DNA from: Asterias rubens
Taxonomy: Eukaryota
Assembly (NCBI RefSeq): GCF_902459465.1
Contig: NC_047071.1
Coordinates: forward strand, 12,214,001 to 12,278,000
Length of the DNA: 64,000 bases
Reading direction: 5' to 3'
Under the pieces are notes generated by a model. That model worked only from the letters and a program-made list of their open reading frames with translations. It was not told the DNA's origin and ran no database searches. The translations under genes were made by a program, and so were the position numbers. Numbering within the stretch: position 1 is the first letter of the stretch; every line of letters begins with the position of its first letter. This document shows, in pieces, positions 47,416-60,096 of this stretch.

Positions 47416-47979
47416 CCCCATTCTTCCCCAACCCCTCTCCCCCAGCCTCACACTGATGATCACTTCTCTGACAGTATCAACACTCTAACCATTTTCCCTA
47501 TATCCTTGGCCTGAGTGTGTTTGTCGGGAGATAGAGGTTTAAAAATAAGTTGCTAGAGACTGAATGATAAATTGAAGGCAGCATATTTGTCCAGATGGTC
47601 AAGGGCAAGTGAGGAAACAGTCCGTCACCATCATGGCTGCTTAGTATGGGGAGACATGTCCAAACCTTGAATGTCAAGCCCTTCAAAATCTCGGTTAGGG
47701 CTGCAGGGGGAAGTTAAAGGGATTTATTTCAAAAGAATATGGCCAGTATGGGTTCTGATAAAAAAGAACAGAAAGTTGATTCAATAGGGAGGCTGCAACA
47801 TAGGGTTAAGCAGCTCAGTGGTTCAAAACTCAATCTTGTAAATTTTTCTTTTTTAAACCTAAGTTTGTTGAACAATAATTACCGCTAATTTGTAATTGTA
47901 ATGCAATGTACATGTTTAGGGATGTTTACCAACAGCTAAACTAGGACAAAATAATAAGGTTAAAAAACACCCCCCCCCC

Positions 47980-48011
<32 letters not shown>

Positions 48012-48991
48012 AAACAACAACCCTGTATTTTGGGCAGTTTTAGTGGCTGAATTCAGTTACTGTGTTTCTGTTCTGAAGGATTTACGCTTAAGTACTAGAT
48101 TTGTTGTTTTTCTAGATTCTATTAGCCTGACTGCATGGTGGTAGTCTAAGCATGCACAATATGAATTATTGCCATAAGCATACCAAAGGGTTCCCTTTCC
48201 TTGCAATATTTTAGAATCTGTCACATTCTTGTTATTTATTATCAACGTTGGGAAACGCTGGCGACATAGTACCTAGTCTCTTTCTGTCCCCTTGTGCATC
48301 TGATTCGAGAAAGCGATACATGCTTTATTGCACAGTGCCCCCATCAGTGCTGAGCGAACCAAATGAGGTATACATATATAGATTTTTCCCCGAACGTGCA
48401 ACTTGTGAGCACTCCCATGTTTTATTGCGACCTAAAAGTGTCCTGAGAGCATATTTGCTGTCGTAATCATTTCATTCCTCGTTCGAGCACAAACAAGCAG
48501 ACACAAGCAGATGCTCCATGTAAAAGTAGTTTTCTCGCTTTTTCTAAAAAAAAAAAAAAAAAAAAATCAGCACATTGGGATCTTTTGAGTTTCTTGTGTA
48601 ACTTCCTAATTTTGTTTATACTCGAAGAACAATTTTTTTTCTTGCGCCATGCCCTCAATGTCATCTGTAAAATCTAAAAATAAAATGCCTTCGGTTAAAG
48701 ATTGTTTGAGTTGATGTGTCAGACGCAGTGTTTGTGACATCATTATTGATCGCTGGCATTTGTTTTTCCCAACGCCTTGTTCCTCTATTCAAGAAGAAAA
48801 ACAAAGAAGTTTGATTTTGAAACTGCTTTAGGACCTCAAAAGTAGATGCCCCCAATAAAAAAGTATTTCCTGATGGACTTCCTTCCCTTAGGGTCTCACT
48901 CTCTAGCTATCCCAAGTGCATTAAAGAGGTAGTGTGCTCCTTGTACTGTGGATTGAATCTTCCTTGGTTTAAGATTCTCTTGAGTACAGGG

Positions 48992-49158
48992 CAGGCCTGG
49001 AACTTCATCTTTGAGAGGGCAAGGCCTTTTTTATTTTGCAAAGGTCATTTCCTTTGGAAAATCTGAAAGTCTATGGAAAACGTTTGCAGGGGCACCAAGG
49101 CCAAGACAAGGGCAACAGATACCATGGCCTTCGTGGGCTATGAGTAATTACAGGCCTG
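48992..49158. mobile_element. CAGGCCTG-terminus MITE
   Basis: CAGGCCTG at both ends and the family body GGGGCACCAAGGCCAAGAC; ACAGGG occurs on both flanks. Confidence 0.7.
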
Positions 49159-49206
49159 ACAGGGCCTAAACTGTGTTACTGCTTACCGCAAAATTCTTAG
49201 CTTCAG

Positions 49207-49395
49207 GGCCAAATTTCACGAAGCCTGTAAGCATACAAATTTGCTAAGCACAGAAAAATATTGCTTAACAATAACTTGTTACCACCCAAAATTCTAAAGG
49301 GTTTTCATTGTTGCAAATGGTTCCCCACTTATGTTTTGCTTAGCAGAGAAATTTGGTAGCAGTGTGTTCTGCTTAACAGCTTTATGAAATTGGCT
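49207..49395. mobile_element. Harbinger-type MITE with CAG duplication, nested in the 49179-49440 element
   Basis: CAG-GGCCAAATTTC ... GAAATTGGCT-CAG. Confidence 0.75.
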
Positions 49396-52263
49396 CAGGT
49401 TATTCTGTGCGCCATAAGCACAGAATTCCGCGGTAAGCAGTGCTATGGAAAGTTGGACCTGAAATCCTGTCGTTTTCAGGCTGCTCTTGTTTGAGAAAAG
49501 TGTAAACCTGTTCAGAAGTTTGGCGTAATTCCACTTTGAGCCACACCCACTTCACAAACTTAATACACTGATTACCAGAAGCCCATAGGGGTTGCATTGA
49601 GCAAGAAAAAAGAAAAAAGAAAAAAAAAGAAAAAAGATTTATGCAAAAAAAGTTAAACAGTTGGTCATGGCTTTTACATGATCGTAAAAGACGAAGAGCT
49701 GTGTCTTGCCCTTAACAGTAATAATAACAGGAACTTATAAGAGCTCCTTTGGATTCAAAGTATTGTAAGCAATCCAACTGAAATAAAAATGGGTTTTTAA
49801 GAGTCCCTTAAACTTGCAAGCTTGGTTGCAAATGCACATCCCAGCAACCTCTGACCCCCTTATCAATAAAAGTTGAGCATTTAAAGTGAACCACTTAACG
49901 CATTTCAATTTGCCAATGCCGGCTTGTCATCGTATCAATACAACTTACAGGCTGTTGCTCATCACAAAAGCCTCTCTGAAGAACCAGTGTTCCACTCCGA
50001 TATACATGAATCAGATGACACTACTGATAAAGCTGATATTGTAGTTTCATATGCGGTTACACCTCTCATAGACAATGCACTGTCACCAAGAACTTGAGAT
50101 CAATAACTCATGAGGCTTGGGGTTGGAGGTGGGGGATAGGGGGGTAATATAATATTGCCAGGACAATGAGAACACACATTTTTCACATTGACATCGATAA
50201 TATTGATTGGCGTAAAGCAAAAAATAATGCTGATTTCATGCATGTGCACACTGGAATTTTTTTTTTTTTAGTTTTTTTTTTCGTGGCAACCTTTAAGAGA
50301 CTGCGATAGTGCCAGTCGTATGTATTATTGCTTTGAGATATATTGATCAGACAAGCCTCTTGGGGCTTTATACCTCTCACATATTGATGTTTTAAAAAAA
50401 AGAAGCGAAAGAGAAGAAAGAAGAAGGCCTTTACTTCTCTCGTTGGACTGATGCAGTAAAGCGCCCCGGCGTACGTGGGATGTCACGTCGTTTCCATGGA
50501 TCTTTATCGGTTGGGCTGGTGCAATTTTCCCCTTCAAGTAACTGTGACCTCTGCTGAAAGGATACTTTCACGCTCAGCTTGTTTAATGAAGAGGGGCCCA
50601 CCACAGGATATTTTTCTGTTTTTTTCTGAGAGAGAGGAGGGGGAATCTGCCATATTTCTGAAATGGACACTTGACAAGTGGGGGTTGTACATGTGTGTTT
50701 TTATCTTCACTAGTTGTGCCCTTTCTGCCATTGAAGTCTTGTCGTTGTTTGGACTTTTTCTTTTCTTGGATCAACCCCAAATCGTTTTTTTTTTTATATT
50801 ATGGTCAGCTGTGTATATATATTATAGAGCTTTTTTAAACATAAAATAAATAAATAAATTGTTCAACATTTGTATAATACTGACAGAAAAAAAAAGAAGC
50901 TAAGAATAAATCAACTTTTTTGTGGATGTGTTGATTATCTCTTCTGGATTTGTCTTACCAGCAAACTGTTATTTTCATAGATTAGCCTTCATTTCTTTCA
51001 AGTGCATCCCGTTTATTATGTAGAAATCATCTGAAATCATATTCCAACTCATTCAGATAGCATCACAATTCAAACATTTCTGAAAAGCATTCACCCAAAA
51101 AATAAAAACGAAAATCTAAAAACCCCACTGTGTACCTTTTGAGGCAATATGACACACTTCAGAGGAACTGGTAATTTGTGTCATTTATTTATGCAAACTA
51201 AAGCCAACTTGACATACTTGAGTGTCGTTACACTCCTTATGGGATTGACTCTTAGTAATTTTTAAAGCAGGTTGTTGTTTCCAGGGTTTGCCGAATAATA
51301 GAGCACTTAAGGATGAGTGGAAGGAGGCAGGACACAAAGTTTATCAGTCATCTTGATCTCCAAGACATTTCCCAGTGCCTTCTTACATCTGTTTATTGTT
51401 TTTTATAAGGGTAATTGGTGTTTCAATAAAAGAGGGAATAAAAGAGTAGTGACTCGGTCTTAAATATCTGTTTAAAACCACCTATATTTAAACACTTGTT
51501 ACTGTGGTTATGTCATCCGTTTAAACAACCCCACGTGATACCCTCTGAACCAATCAGAATGAATAAACTGTCCCGGGTATTTATGAATGGAAATTCGTTC
51601 TCCGGTAAATGCTTAATGGAACTAATTGCCTGCATTGCCCCATGTCATTGACTTGGTGCCCCCTTGAAATGTTCCAATTAGAACTTTACATTTCCTCATT
51701 GAGTGCCCTTATTCCACATGTTTTTGTGATCGTGATATCATCAGGTGTCGAATTACATTTATTCAAACATTTTTGTTAAACAAATCATATCTTCCAAACC
51801 GCACGTCATAGAGTTATAATTCTTAATCCGCTGTTTAGCTTATACAGCACATGTAACCTTCTATTAAACAAAAGTGGCCCACTTTGACCTTATCATCCAA
51901 AACAAAAAACCAAGAATTTGCTGTACAATATTAAATGAAAACATCCAACCCTAGCCCCCTCTTCTCTTTATTAAAGTTGGATTAAATGAATGCGATAATT
52001 CGCAAATGATATCTTTTATCCATCACGCCATCTGCCTCATAACATTTGCCAATTCTATTCCTTTAGAGCAAATATTAATCAATGTAAGCTGAACATCTTG
52101 CAGCTGCCCATGAGTTGAATAAATCATATTAAAGTAAACACTTACAACAAAAGTCTACAAGAAATTGCAGTTGTGTCAAAGGCGATACTGATTGTATTTA
52201 CACAAGATTTTACAGGTGTCAGCAGTGTATAAATTAAGTCCCGCTAGTAAAGTGTCTGTGTCA

Positions 52264-52608
52264 TTAAAGGCAAATGTTAATGTAGATGTATGCAATAAAA
52301 CTTAAATGTGAAATTTCATTTCAAAAGGTGGTCGGGTTTTATGAGATATCGCCTTGCAGGAAAATAATATAAGCAAACTAGCATTAACCAAACAAATTAC
52401 AGGCAAAAAAGGTGCATGAACACCATAAAACAAAGAAGCCACAAAAATACAAAAAACATAACCACACAACTTTGAAGTGAAATGTTTTCAGAATGCTTTC
52501 ATACTATCTAAACCTGCTGTAACTAATTTTCTTACCAATGCTTCTAACCAATTTATTTTATTGCCATCAATTTTAAGATTGATTACCAAACGTATAACTT
52601 CCCTTTAA
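52264..52608. mobile_element. Degenerate Kolobok-type MITE
   Basis: TTAAAGGCAAATG ... ACTTCCCTTTAA; the internal segments resemble ~34410-34690 and ~36330-36400. Confidence 0.5.
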
Positions 52609-54437
52609 ACCTCATGTTAACCACGCCTCCAAGGGGAGAAGTGGAATTTTCACAGTTTAATTGTTAGATCACACTGAAAAGAAAATTGCCCTCAAAAGTC
52701 CTATGTTACATGAAGCTTCAACTCTGCTTTAAACTTTATACTGTACAAAAATAAGCTTCCTCTATGACAAATTTTATGGCCAATGATAATCCAGGTTACA
52801 TAGTGTACTTGTTCTTTATGTGAGAGGTATTATGGTTTTTTTCTAGTGCCATTTAAAGTCCTTGCTATTACCATGGCGATATAAATGCATTCATTACGAT
52901 GTGAGAAAATGATCAGAGTGTGGGCCGAGCCTTGAAAAGATCCTTTGAATTGAGGGAACAAAAGGCGTTTAAAGGGATGTTAAACTGTTTGCTTTGAGAG
53001 AAAGACTTTTTATCAAATTTGGAATAAATTTAACACTGTTGTGTTTAGAAATTTTTTACATACAAGTAGGAGGCCATTACAAGAAAATTGAATTTGAAGA
53101 AGTGCTTTGGGCTGGGGGGGGGGGACTATAGAGGGCTGTATGTATTTTTGCCTCAGCAGAAATTCACCAACAATAAAATGGCTCTTTTGAATAAAAATAA
53201 AACAAAAACAAGGCAGGACTTGTTTTTATACTTGTTTGTATATAAATTGGTAGAATTACTCTCACGATAACTCACACTTTACGTCACATTGGCCTTGATT
53301 TCATTTTGTTGCACACACCTATGCGTTCGCATAAATACGGCGTGCAGAATTTAGGAGTTTTATTAAATTCCTTGCATGATTGGTCAGTGAACCACATGCC
53401 TGTGTGGACAAAATTGAAATGCTTTACGCAGCTCAAAGCCAAAGCTCAAGTTGCCCATAAATATGGCGAATATCAGGAAATATCTATCAAGTCCCTTATG
53501 CTGGGAATAAATCAGAATGAGGAATGCACTCTGTGTATGTCTTAAGTCCATACAAACACCACCTGACACTTGCCAATTTATTTTACAAAATTCTACGTGT
53601 CAAACAAATTTATGAAGTAGCAATCTGACATAAGGATACAGTTTGCATAATTCAGCGCACTTAGATGTTAGATGTATGCAAACAACTTTCACTATTCTGT
53701 CATCACCGACCAGCTGTAATAATTGTTGGTTTGTCAACTTACTGCTCAAAGAGCAAAACAAAGCGGCTCTTCTCAGAGCCAAGCCTACTCACAAAAGAGA
53801 TTCTACATGGTGTCATCGCAAACCTGACTTGTAATGTAGTATTTTCCGCCATGCATAGCCTTAAATTTGATCTTACTGCTCATAAGTATACAGTTGTGTT
53901 TATACAACACTGAAGTCTGTATCACATGCAGCAATTTATAGTCAACCTGTTCCATGCAGTTGCAAAGAAGAGAGACAATTTGCTGTTTAATTCTCACATG
54001 AAACTCTAAGTGATAGCGTGATGGAGAAGTGTTCCATTTGCCTGAGTGTACTGTATAGTTGAATGCCTCAATGTTGCCTGTAACAGTTGTCTTGCGTGAC
54101 AAGGCCTTTAGGAATCAGCAAGTACACAATGCAAAACAGTGTATAATGCTGATCACCCTGAAGATTTGTACACTTCATGTACTTCTTGCACTTTTAATCT
54201 GTCTATGTCCTTTTTGTTGAAAAGGAATTAAAAAGGTATTTGAAGTTCATGTACTTTTACGTATATAATGCACATTAGTCTTAAAATGTGTAATGGCATG
54301 TTGCTTGAGGTGAAAATCAATTTCTGCCAAGTAAAAGGCAAAATGAGTTCACAAAACACGATCTGTGTGGGTGTATTGTGAGCTTGTCATTGCAAGCATG
54401 AATTTATTCTTGTATCTTTTGGTTTGTTTGTTTACAG

Positions 54438-57400
54438 TCTCCTTCTACGGTACAAGTCATGTCTACTTACCACTCTCCCAGGCCTCCTCAGAAACCAGCA
54501 TCCAACTCATCCTCAGAACGAGCCGATCCAAGGGGCTCCTCTTCTTGGCCTTTGGGGACACGGACTACTGCATTATCCAGCTCAAGTCAGGGTTCATCGA
54601 AGCCAGGCTAGAGCTAGGCGGCGGTGAGCTACAGATGCAGTCACTCTCCAAAGAGAAGTTGAATGACCTGAAGTGGCACAGCGTCAGGCTTGAGATAGCT
54701 GAAGGTTGGGCGGAGCTTTATGTCGATGGATTGCTCCACCAAGAGGAGAGAACTATTGGGGGAGCAAATACACTGAATATACAGGAAGGTATTTATATCG
54801 GTGGAACAGGCGGCAAGAAGATACCCCATTTATCCTCCGTGGATCGCTTCTTCCGAGGTTGCATTGAGAACGTCACATACAACAACATCTTGGTCTTTAA
54901 TGCCACTGCGGCCGATGGAAGAAGCACAGTGAATGACATCACGTGGGATTGCAGCGAGGAGTTTGAAGCGGCGCCCGATTCTCCGATCAGTTTCATCAAA
55001 GAGACAGCGTTTGTGATGTACCCCAGGTGGCAGATGAGCACACATGGATCCTTTGCTTGTTGGATGAAGACCACCTCGCCTTTAGGGCTCCTGATGTTCA
55101 GCAGTGGCAGCAAAGATGAATTCATAGCGTCAGAAGTCACTGACGGCAAAATACGCGTGTTGATGAAGCGGGGGCGCCGTACGGTGGACTTCACATCCGA
55201 TGTTGTTGTTAACGATGGCAACTGGCATTGGGTGAAGATAGAAATTTCTCCTAACAAGCTAAGAATCAGCATCGACTACGAGCCTGAGAATAAAAGACTG
55301 CAGGATACTACTGAGACTCTAGACCTTACTGGCATGCTCCATGTCGGCGGTGTTGTCCATAAAGCACGATCTCAGGCCTTCCGGAGTGACCTTAAGTCAG
55401 TCACTCATGCCAGCAGCGGCGGCTCATTCCAGGGTTGTCTGAGAGATGTGGAAGTCAACGGTGAGCAGTATACACTCGGTGATTCTCGCGTCACTCATGG
55501 CATCGAGATCGGCTGCCTGTACCAATTTCCATGCACTGGTAGTCCATGTTCATGGAAGGAGTCTTGCTCAAACACCGGACTGGACAGCTTCACTTGTGAG
55601 TGTGTCACCGAGGAATGCTTAGATATTATTCGCATCACGGAAGCAGAGAAATACACCACTGATATCCCCATGATAGAAACCATTTTGCCAATCCAGACTG
55701 AGCCCATCATTACCAGTAGTAAATCGCCTGATGATATTTTTTCCCTGGTGCCTGTCACTTTGGAGGAAGGAGGTCGTAGCGTTGTGACGACAACCAATAT
55801 TCACCTGAACCTGAAGCTACGCTCTCGAGGGATACGCGAGTCACAGCTGCTCTTTCACATCTCAAAGCGCCCTCAACATGGACAAATTGAAAACAGCGTC
55901 CTCAGACGGGATGACGATTCGAGTGTTTTCACGCTGCTCGATTTAAGCGGAGGTAAGATCTTCTATATACACGATGGCTCGGAGAACTTCCACGACACAG
56001 TGACCATGAAAGTTGAAGTCCTCAGAAAGAACATTGCAATCCCTGAGGTGTTGCAGGGTGGGGTCAATTTCACCTTGGGGATCGACATAACACCGGTCAA
56101 TGACGTCCCACATATTGCCCTTGCTGATGATGCCACACTTCGCATGATTCAAGGCGCAATCCAACCTATACACAGTTCATTTCTTGAGGCCATTGACCCT
56201 GATAACAGTCCTAGCGATCTCGTCTTCACCATCATCAACCAACAGGAAAATGTTGGTTTCTTTGAAGACACCAACAATCCAGGGAAAAGCATTGTATCGT
56301 TCACCCAGGAGGACATCAACCAGGAGTTTGTATCCTATGTGCACACAGGCGTGAACACCAAATCCCGCATTGTTATCCGTATATCTGACGGCCAAGAGAA
56401 GAGCCCGTTGTACTCCTTTAGAATCGATGCCGTACCCCTCGAACTCTCCATCAGGAATAACACTGAGCTAAAACTGAACCCTGGATCCTCCGCTGTGATC
56501 AGGCCTGAGGTACTCCACGTAGCCACGAACGATCCCGAAGACCAGTATGTAGTCACCTACCGCGTGACGGATGCCTTGCGGTACGGTAAACTACAACGGT
56601 ACGAGTTGCAGAACTGGTGGTCGGATGTTTTCCGATTCACCCAGGGCGAGATTGAGGAAGGTATCATTCGCTACACAGCCACTGTGTCCAATGTGCAGAG
56701 GTCCATGTGGAATGACAGGATAAGTCTGATAGCCTCCAGTGAGGACACCAGCCTTGACGTCACAGTACCAGTGAGGATTATAGTCACTTCAGTCAATGTG
56801 GTCAACAACACTGGATTGATTCTTGATATCGTAAGGCAGGGTGTTATCACACCGCACAACCTTTCAGCTAGTGTTCTGCTTCCTCTAACCTCATCCCCGG
56901 TGACTTTTACCCTGGTTCGACCCCCGAGCAAAGGTCAACTCATCAAGCAGCCAGAAGGCCCGATACAAGATGGAGGCTTCTTCACACAGGATGACATCAT
57001 CGCTGGGGTCATAGGTTACACACTGAACCCTGAGGAAACTGATGCCCTAAACGATACGTTCCTGTTTAGAGCATCGGTGGAGAATGTGCAGAGTTCTGTA
57101 ATGTCATTCACTATTGCTTACATACCAGACATCCGAAGCATGATTATTACAAATACTGGATTTGTAGTTCAGGAAGGGGCAAGACATACCATTGCATTAG
57201 ACGAGTTCTCAGTTACGGCCGGCAACGTCACTGACTTTATGTACACCATCACCCAGGCTCCATCTCACGGAGAGCTGCTGCTAGTAGAACCAAGCACCTT
57301 GGAGGTCAACTCGAATGAGGTGATGAACTTCCTGAACTACGACCTGATGAATGGCTTGCTGTTCTACCGACATGATGGCTCAGAAACGGAGAGAGACAGC

Positions 57401-59102
57401 TTTACGTTTACAACAACGGCAACCTACATTGACCTGTCAGGAACAAGAAGGACCCTTTACCATGAAGGTGATGTCTCCATCGAGATCTTGTTAGTGAATG
57501 ATCATGAACCTGAGGTCATCGTGAACCGTCTCTTCAAAGTTGTTAAAAACGGGAAAACTCCACTGACCGATCAGAACTTGCTCTCTTCGGATGGAGACAC
57601 TGACTTTGATGACGACAATATTGAGTATAGGAGGCAAAACTCCCGTGTCGGAGATCTGGTTTATGCTCAGAATGAATCCAGTGTTTATCGATTCACCCAG
57701 AGGCAACTCAAAGATGGCATGATTGTGTTTAAGCAAAACGGAGCGGAGACAATCGGACGGATGCTATTCTTTGTTTTCGACAATGACCTCAGTCGTTACA
57801 TTTCCGTCTTCATGGATATTGAGGCATCGGATCCTTTTGTTGGACTTCAGAACAACACAGGATTGACGCTCTCCCGGGGTGCTTCGGTCGTCCTGACCTC
57901 ATACAATCTGAGTGCAGAAACAAACCTTGGGATTAAAGATAAAAGAATTGAGTTTGTGATAAGTTCCCTGCCGGCACACGGGAGGCTGCTTCTCAGAGGC
58001 AACCCGGTGATGATGTTCAACCAGGAGAGCCTGGAAGCTGGTAGAATTATCTACGAACACGACAACAGCACTGCTATGTTAGACGGCTTCAATTTCACCA
58101 TCCGTGCCAAGGAAATGACAAAGAAAGGCTTTTTCAATATTCGGATCTATTTGGAGAACCATCAGAAGCCGCCCGTATTGAACCAGTTTAAACCCCTGGT
58201 GGTAGAGCAAGGGAAGGCTGTCACCATAGATCGCTACCACCTTCGAGTCACTCACCCTAACCACTTACCTGTTGAGATTGTTTTCACTGTGACCGTTCCC
58301 CCGAAATACGGCATTCTTCAACTGGCAGAGGAGTCTTTGCTTGGCAAACGGAGACGTAGACAAGCTGCTGAGGGGATTGAGAGTTTCACCCAACTTGACG
58401 TAAATCGCAACAGACTGCAGTACATCCAGACTAAATCAGGAAGCGGGAGTGACAGGTTCTCCTTCGAGGTCGACAATGGTTTTGTCAAAGTCACCAATCT
58501 CACCTTCAGCGTTGAGATCGCACCGACTATCGTCCCCCTCAGAGTTGAAGATATTTTACTTCCTGAAGGCGGCTCCAAACTTATCACCGATGAAATGATC
58601 CAGATTGCTCACTCCTACTACCAAGATCAGTCCTTCGATTTTTTCATTAAGCAGCAGCCCACTCACAGTTTTCTGGAAACCATGCGGAACACAGGAGAGC
58701 GTCTCACTAGCTTCAACACACAAGATCTCACGAATGAGTTCATCTACTTTGTGCACGATGGAAGCGACACGTTATCCGACTCGTTCACAATCATCGCTAA
58801 CTCTTCAGAGACTGGGAAGACTAGTCTACTTTACACAATCAATGTAACAGTCACACCGGTCAACGACCAAATACCAGAAGTGACCGCCAACGATGGCCTT
58901 ACCACATTCATCGGTACGGATTCTACAGTGACCACTTCAATCCTCAGCGCCATGGACTTGGACACTGATGACCAGAATCTGATGTTTGTGCTGACGACCC
59001 CGACCAATGGATACGTGGCTAAACTGCCTGATCGTGGTCGACCCATACTCAGTTTCTCTCAAGCTGATTTGAGTGAAGGCAAAGTCATCTTTGTGCATTC
59101 AG
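54438..59102 (+). CDS. CSPG4: Chondroitin sulfate proteoglycan 4 (NG2/kon-tiki-like), large internal coding exon: LamG1, LamG2, EGF-like module, CSPG repeats 1-10
   Basis: Lies in the 1623-codon ORF. It starts after a polypyrimidine tract and TTTACAG acceptor (AG 54436-37, phase 1) with SFYGTSHV, cf. vertebrate ASFFGENHL. LamG signatures include LNDLKWHSV...IYIGG...FRGCI and VNDGNWHWV...LHVGG...FQGCL. Ten F(T/S)QxD...Y/FxH(DGS) CSPG motifs follow. It ends at CATTCAG|GTTGGT (donor 59103, phase 1). Confidence 0.92.
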
Positions 59103-60096
59103 GTTGGTGTTCAATTTTTTGGGTTGTAAATAATTTGTGTAGAATAATTGTTCCGTTTGCTCAGAACTATAAGGTCCTAGCTGGCGTTTTTACATACGTC
59201 ATGATCAAAAGGTCCTTACATGAAAAATTTGTATAATTTGATTTATTTGATTTGCATGTTTTACTGGGAAAACGATCGTTTCTTTTTGCTAAACAATACT
59301 TTGAAAACCACTCACTCTTGATCAATAAACCCTAATTTACCAGGAGCTCCAAAGTATGCTAAAGCAGTTTTGCGAGATCCATACAGATTGCACTTATGAC
59401 CTTATAGTTCTGAGCAGACAGTTTGTTCTGAAGGTATTCTGCAATACTTGAAGACTGTTTTCTTCATTTCTTCCAATTAATTTATATTGCTGCACCTCAT
59501 ACATATTCTTGACAGAGAGTCAAATTTTCACTGGTCCATTCAACGTCACTTGCCAGATGCTATCTTTGCTGTTTACTAAGCGCACACGCTAGTATTCCAC
59601 GCACATGATAAATACGATGACAAGTAGGCTGCCCGAGCATCCCTCTACTTGTCATACGCTTTACGACTGGAAACTGTACGCATGTGCGTTCATGAAAAAG
59701 AAAAAAATACCCTGGAATCATTGCATTTCACAGACGTCATTTTCCTTTGTTCCTAATATTGTAGCGGTAACTAAATATCTATGGGGTATAGTTAAACAAA
59801 TTTATCATGGTTTATTTCGGGTGAAAAGTCGATATAAGCTCCCTCAGTAGTGGAAGTTGACAAACTAGTTCCAGAGGCAAAGCTTTATATCAACTGTTAA
59901 ACCTCGGTATTGGAAAGGGACAAATTAGTTCCCTCATCTTTGCCTCGGGAGCTCTTCGGGAACTCTTCATCTTGGAGACTAGTTTGTCAACTTCCACTAC
60001 CTCTGGGAGCACTCAAACCATACTATTTGTCTACTATCTACATGTAATTGTCGTCATTCTTACTTAAAATGTGTTAACTTGTTTTGAATCTTCCAG
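59103..60096 (+). other. Phase-1 GT-AG intron (994 nt) of CSPG4
   Basis: GT at 59103 and AG at 60095-96. Removing it restores a continuous reading frame within a CSPG repeat; the sequence is AT-rich and non-coding. Confidence 0.88.
59839..60009. mobile_element. Palindromic MITE remnant in CSPG4 intron
   Basis: Perfect 23-bp IR GTAGTGGAAGTTGACAAACTAGT (59847-69 / 59978-60000). Confidence 0.75.

Noticed and set aside
49885-50097. 70-codon stop-free frame with protein-like composition (SEPLNAFQ...SPRT)
   Set aside because: No ATG, no convincing splice sites and no recognisable homology; this length is expected by chance.
54365-54397. GTG start of the 1623-aa ORF and its extension 59103-59236
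   Set aside because: Prokaryote-style start call. The ORF ends run into intron sequence beyond canonical splice sites.
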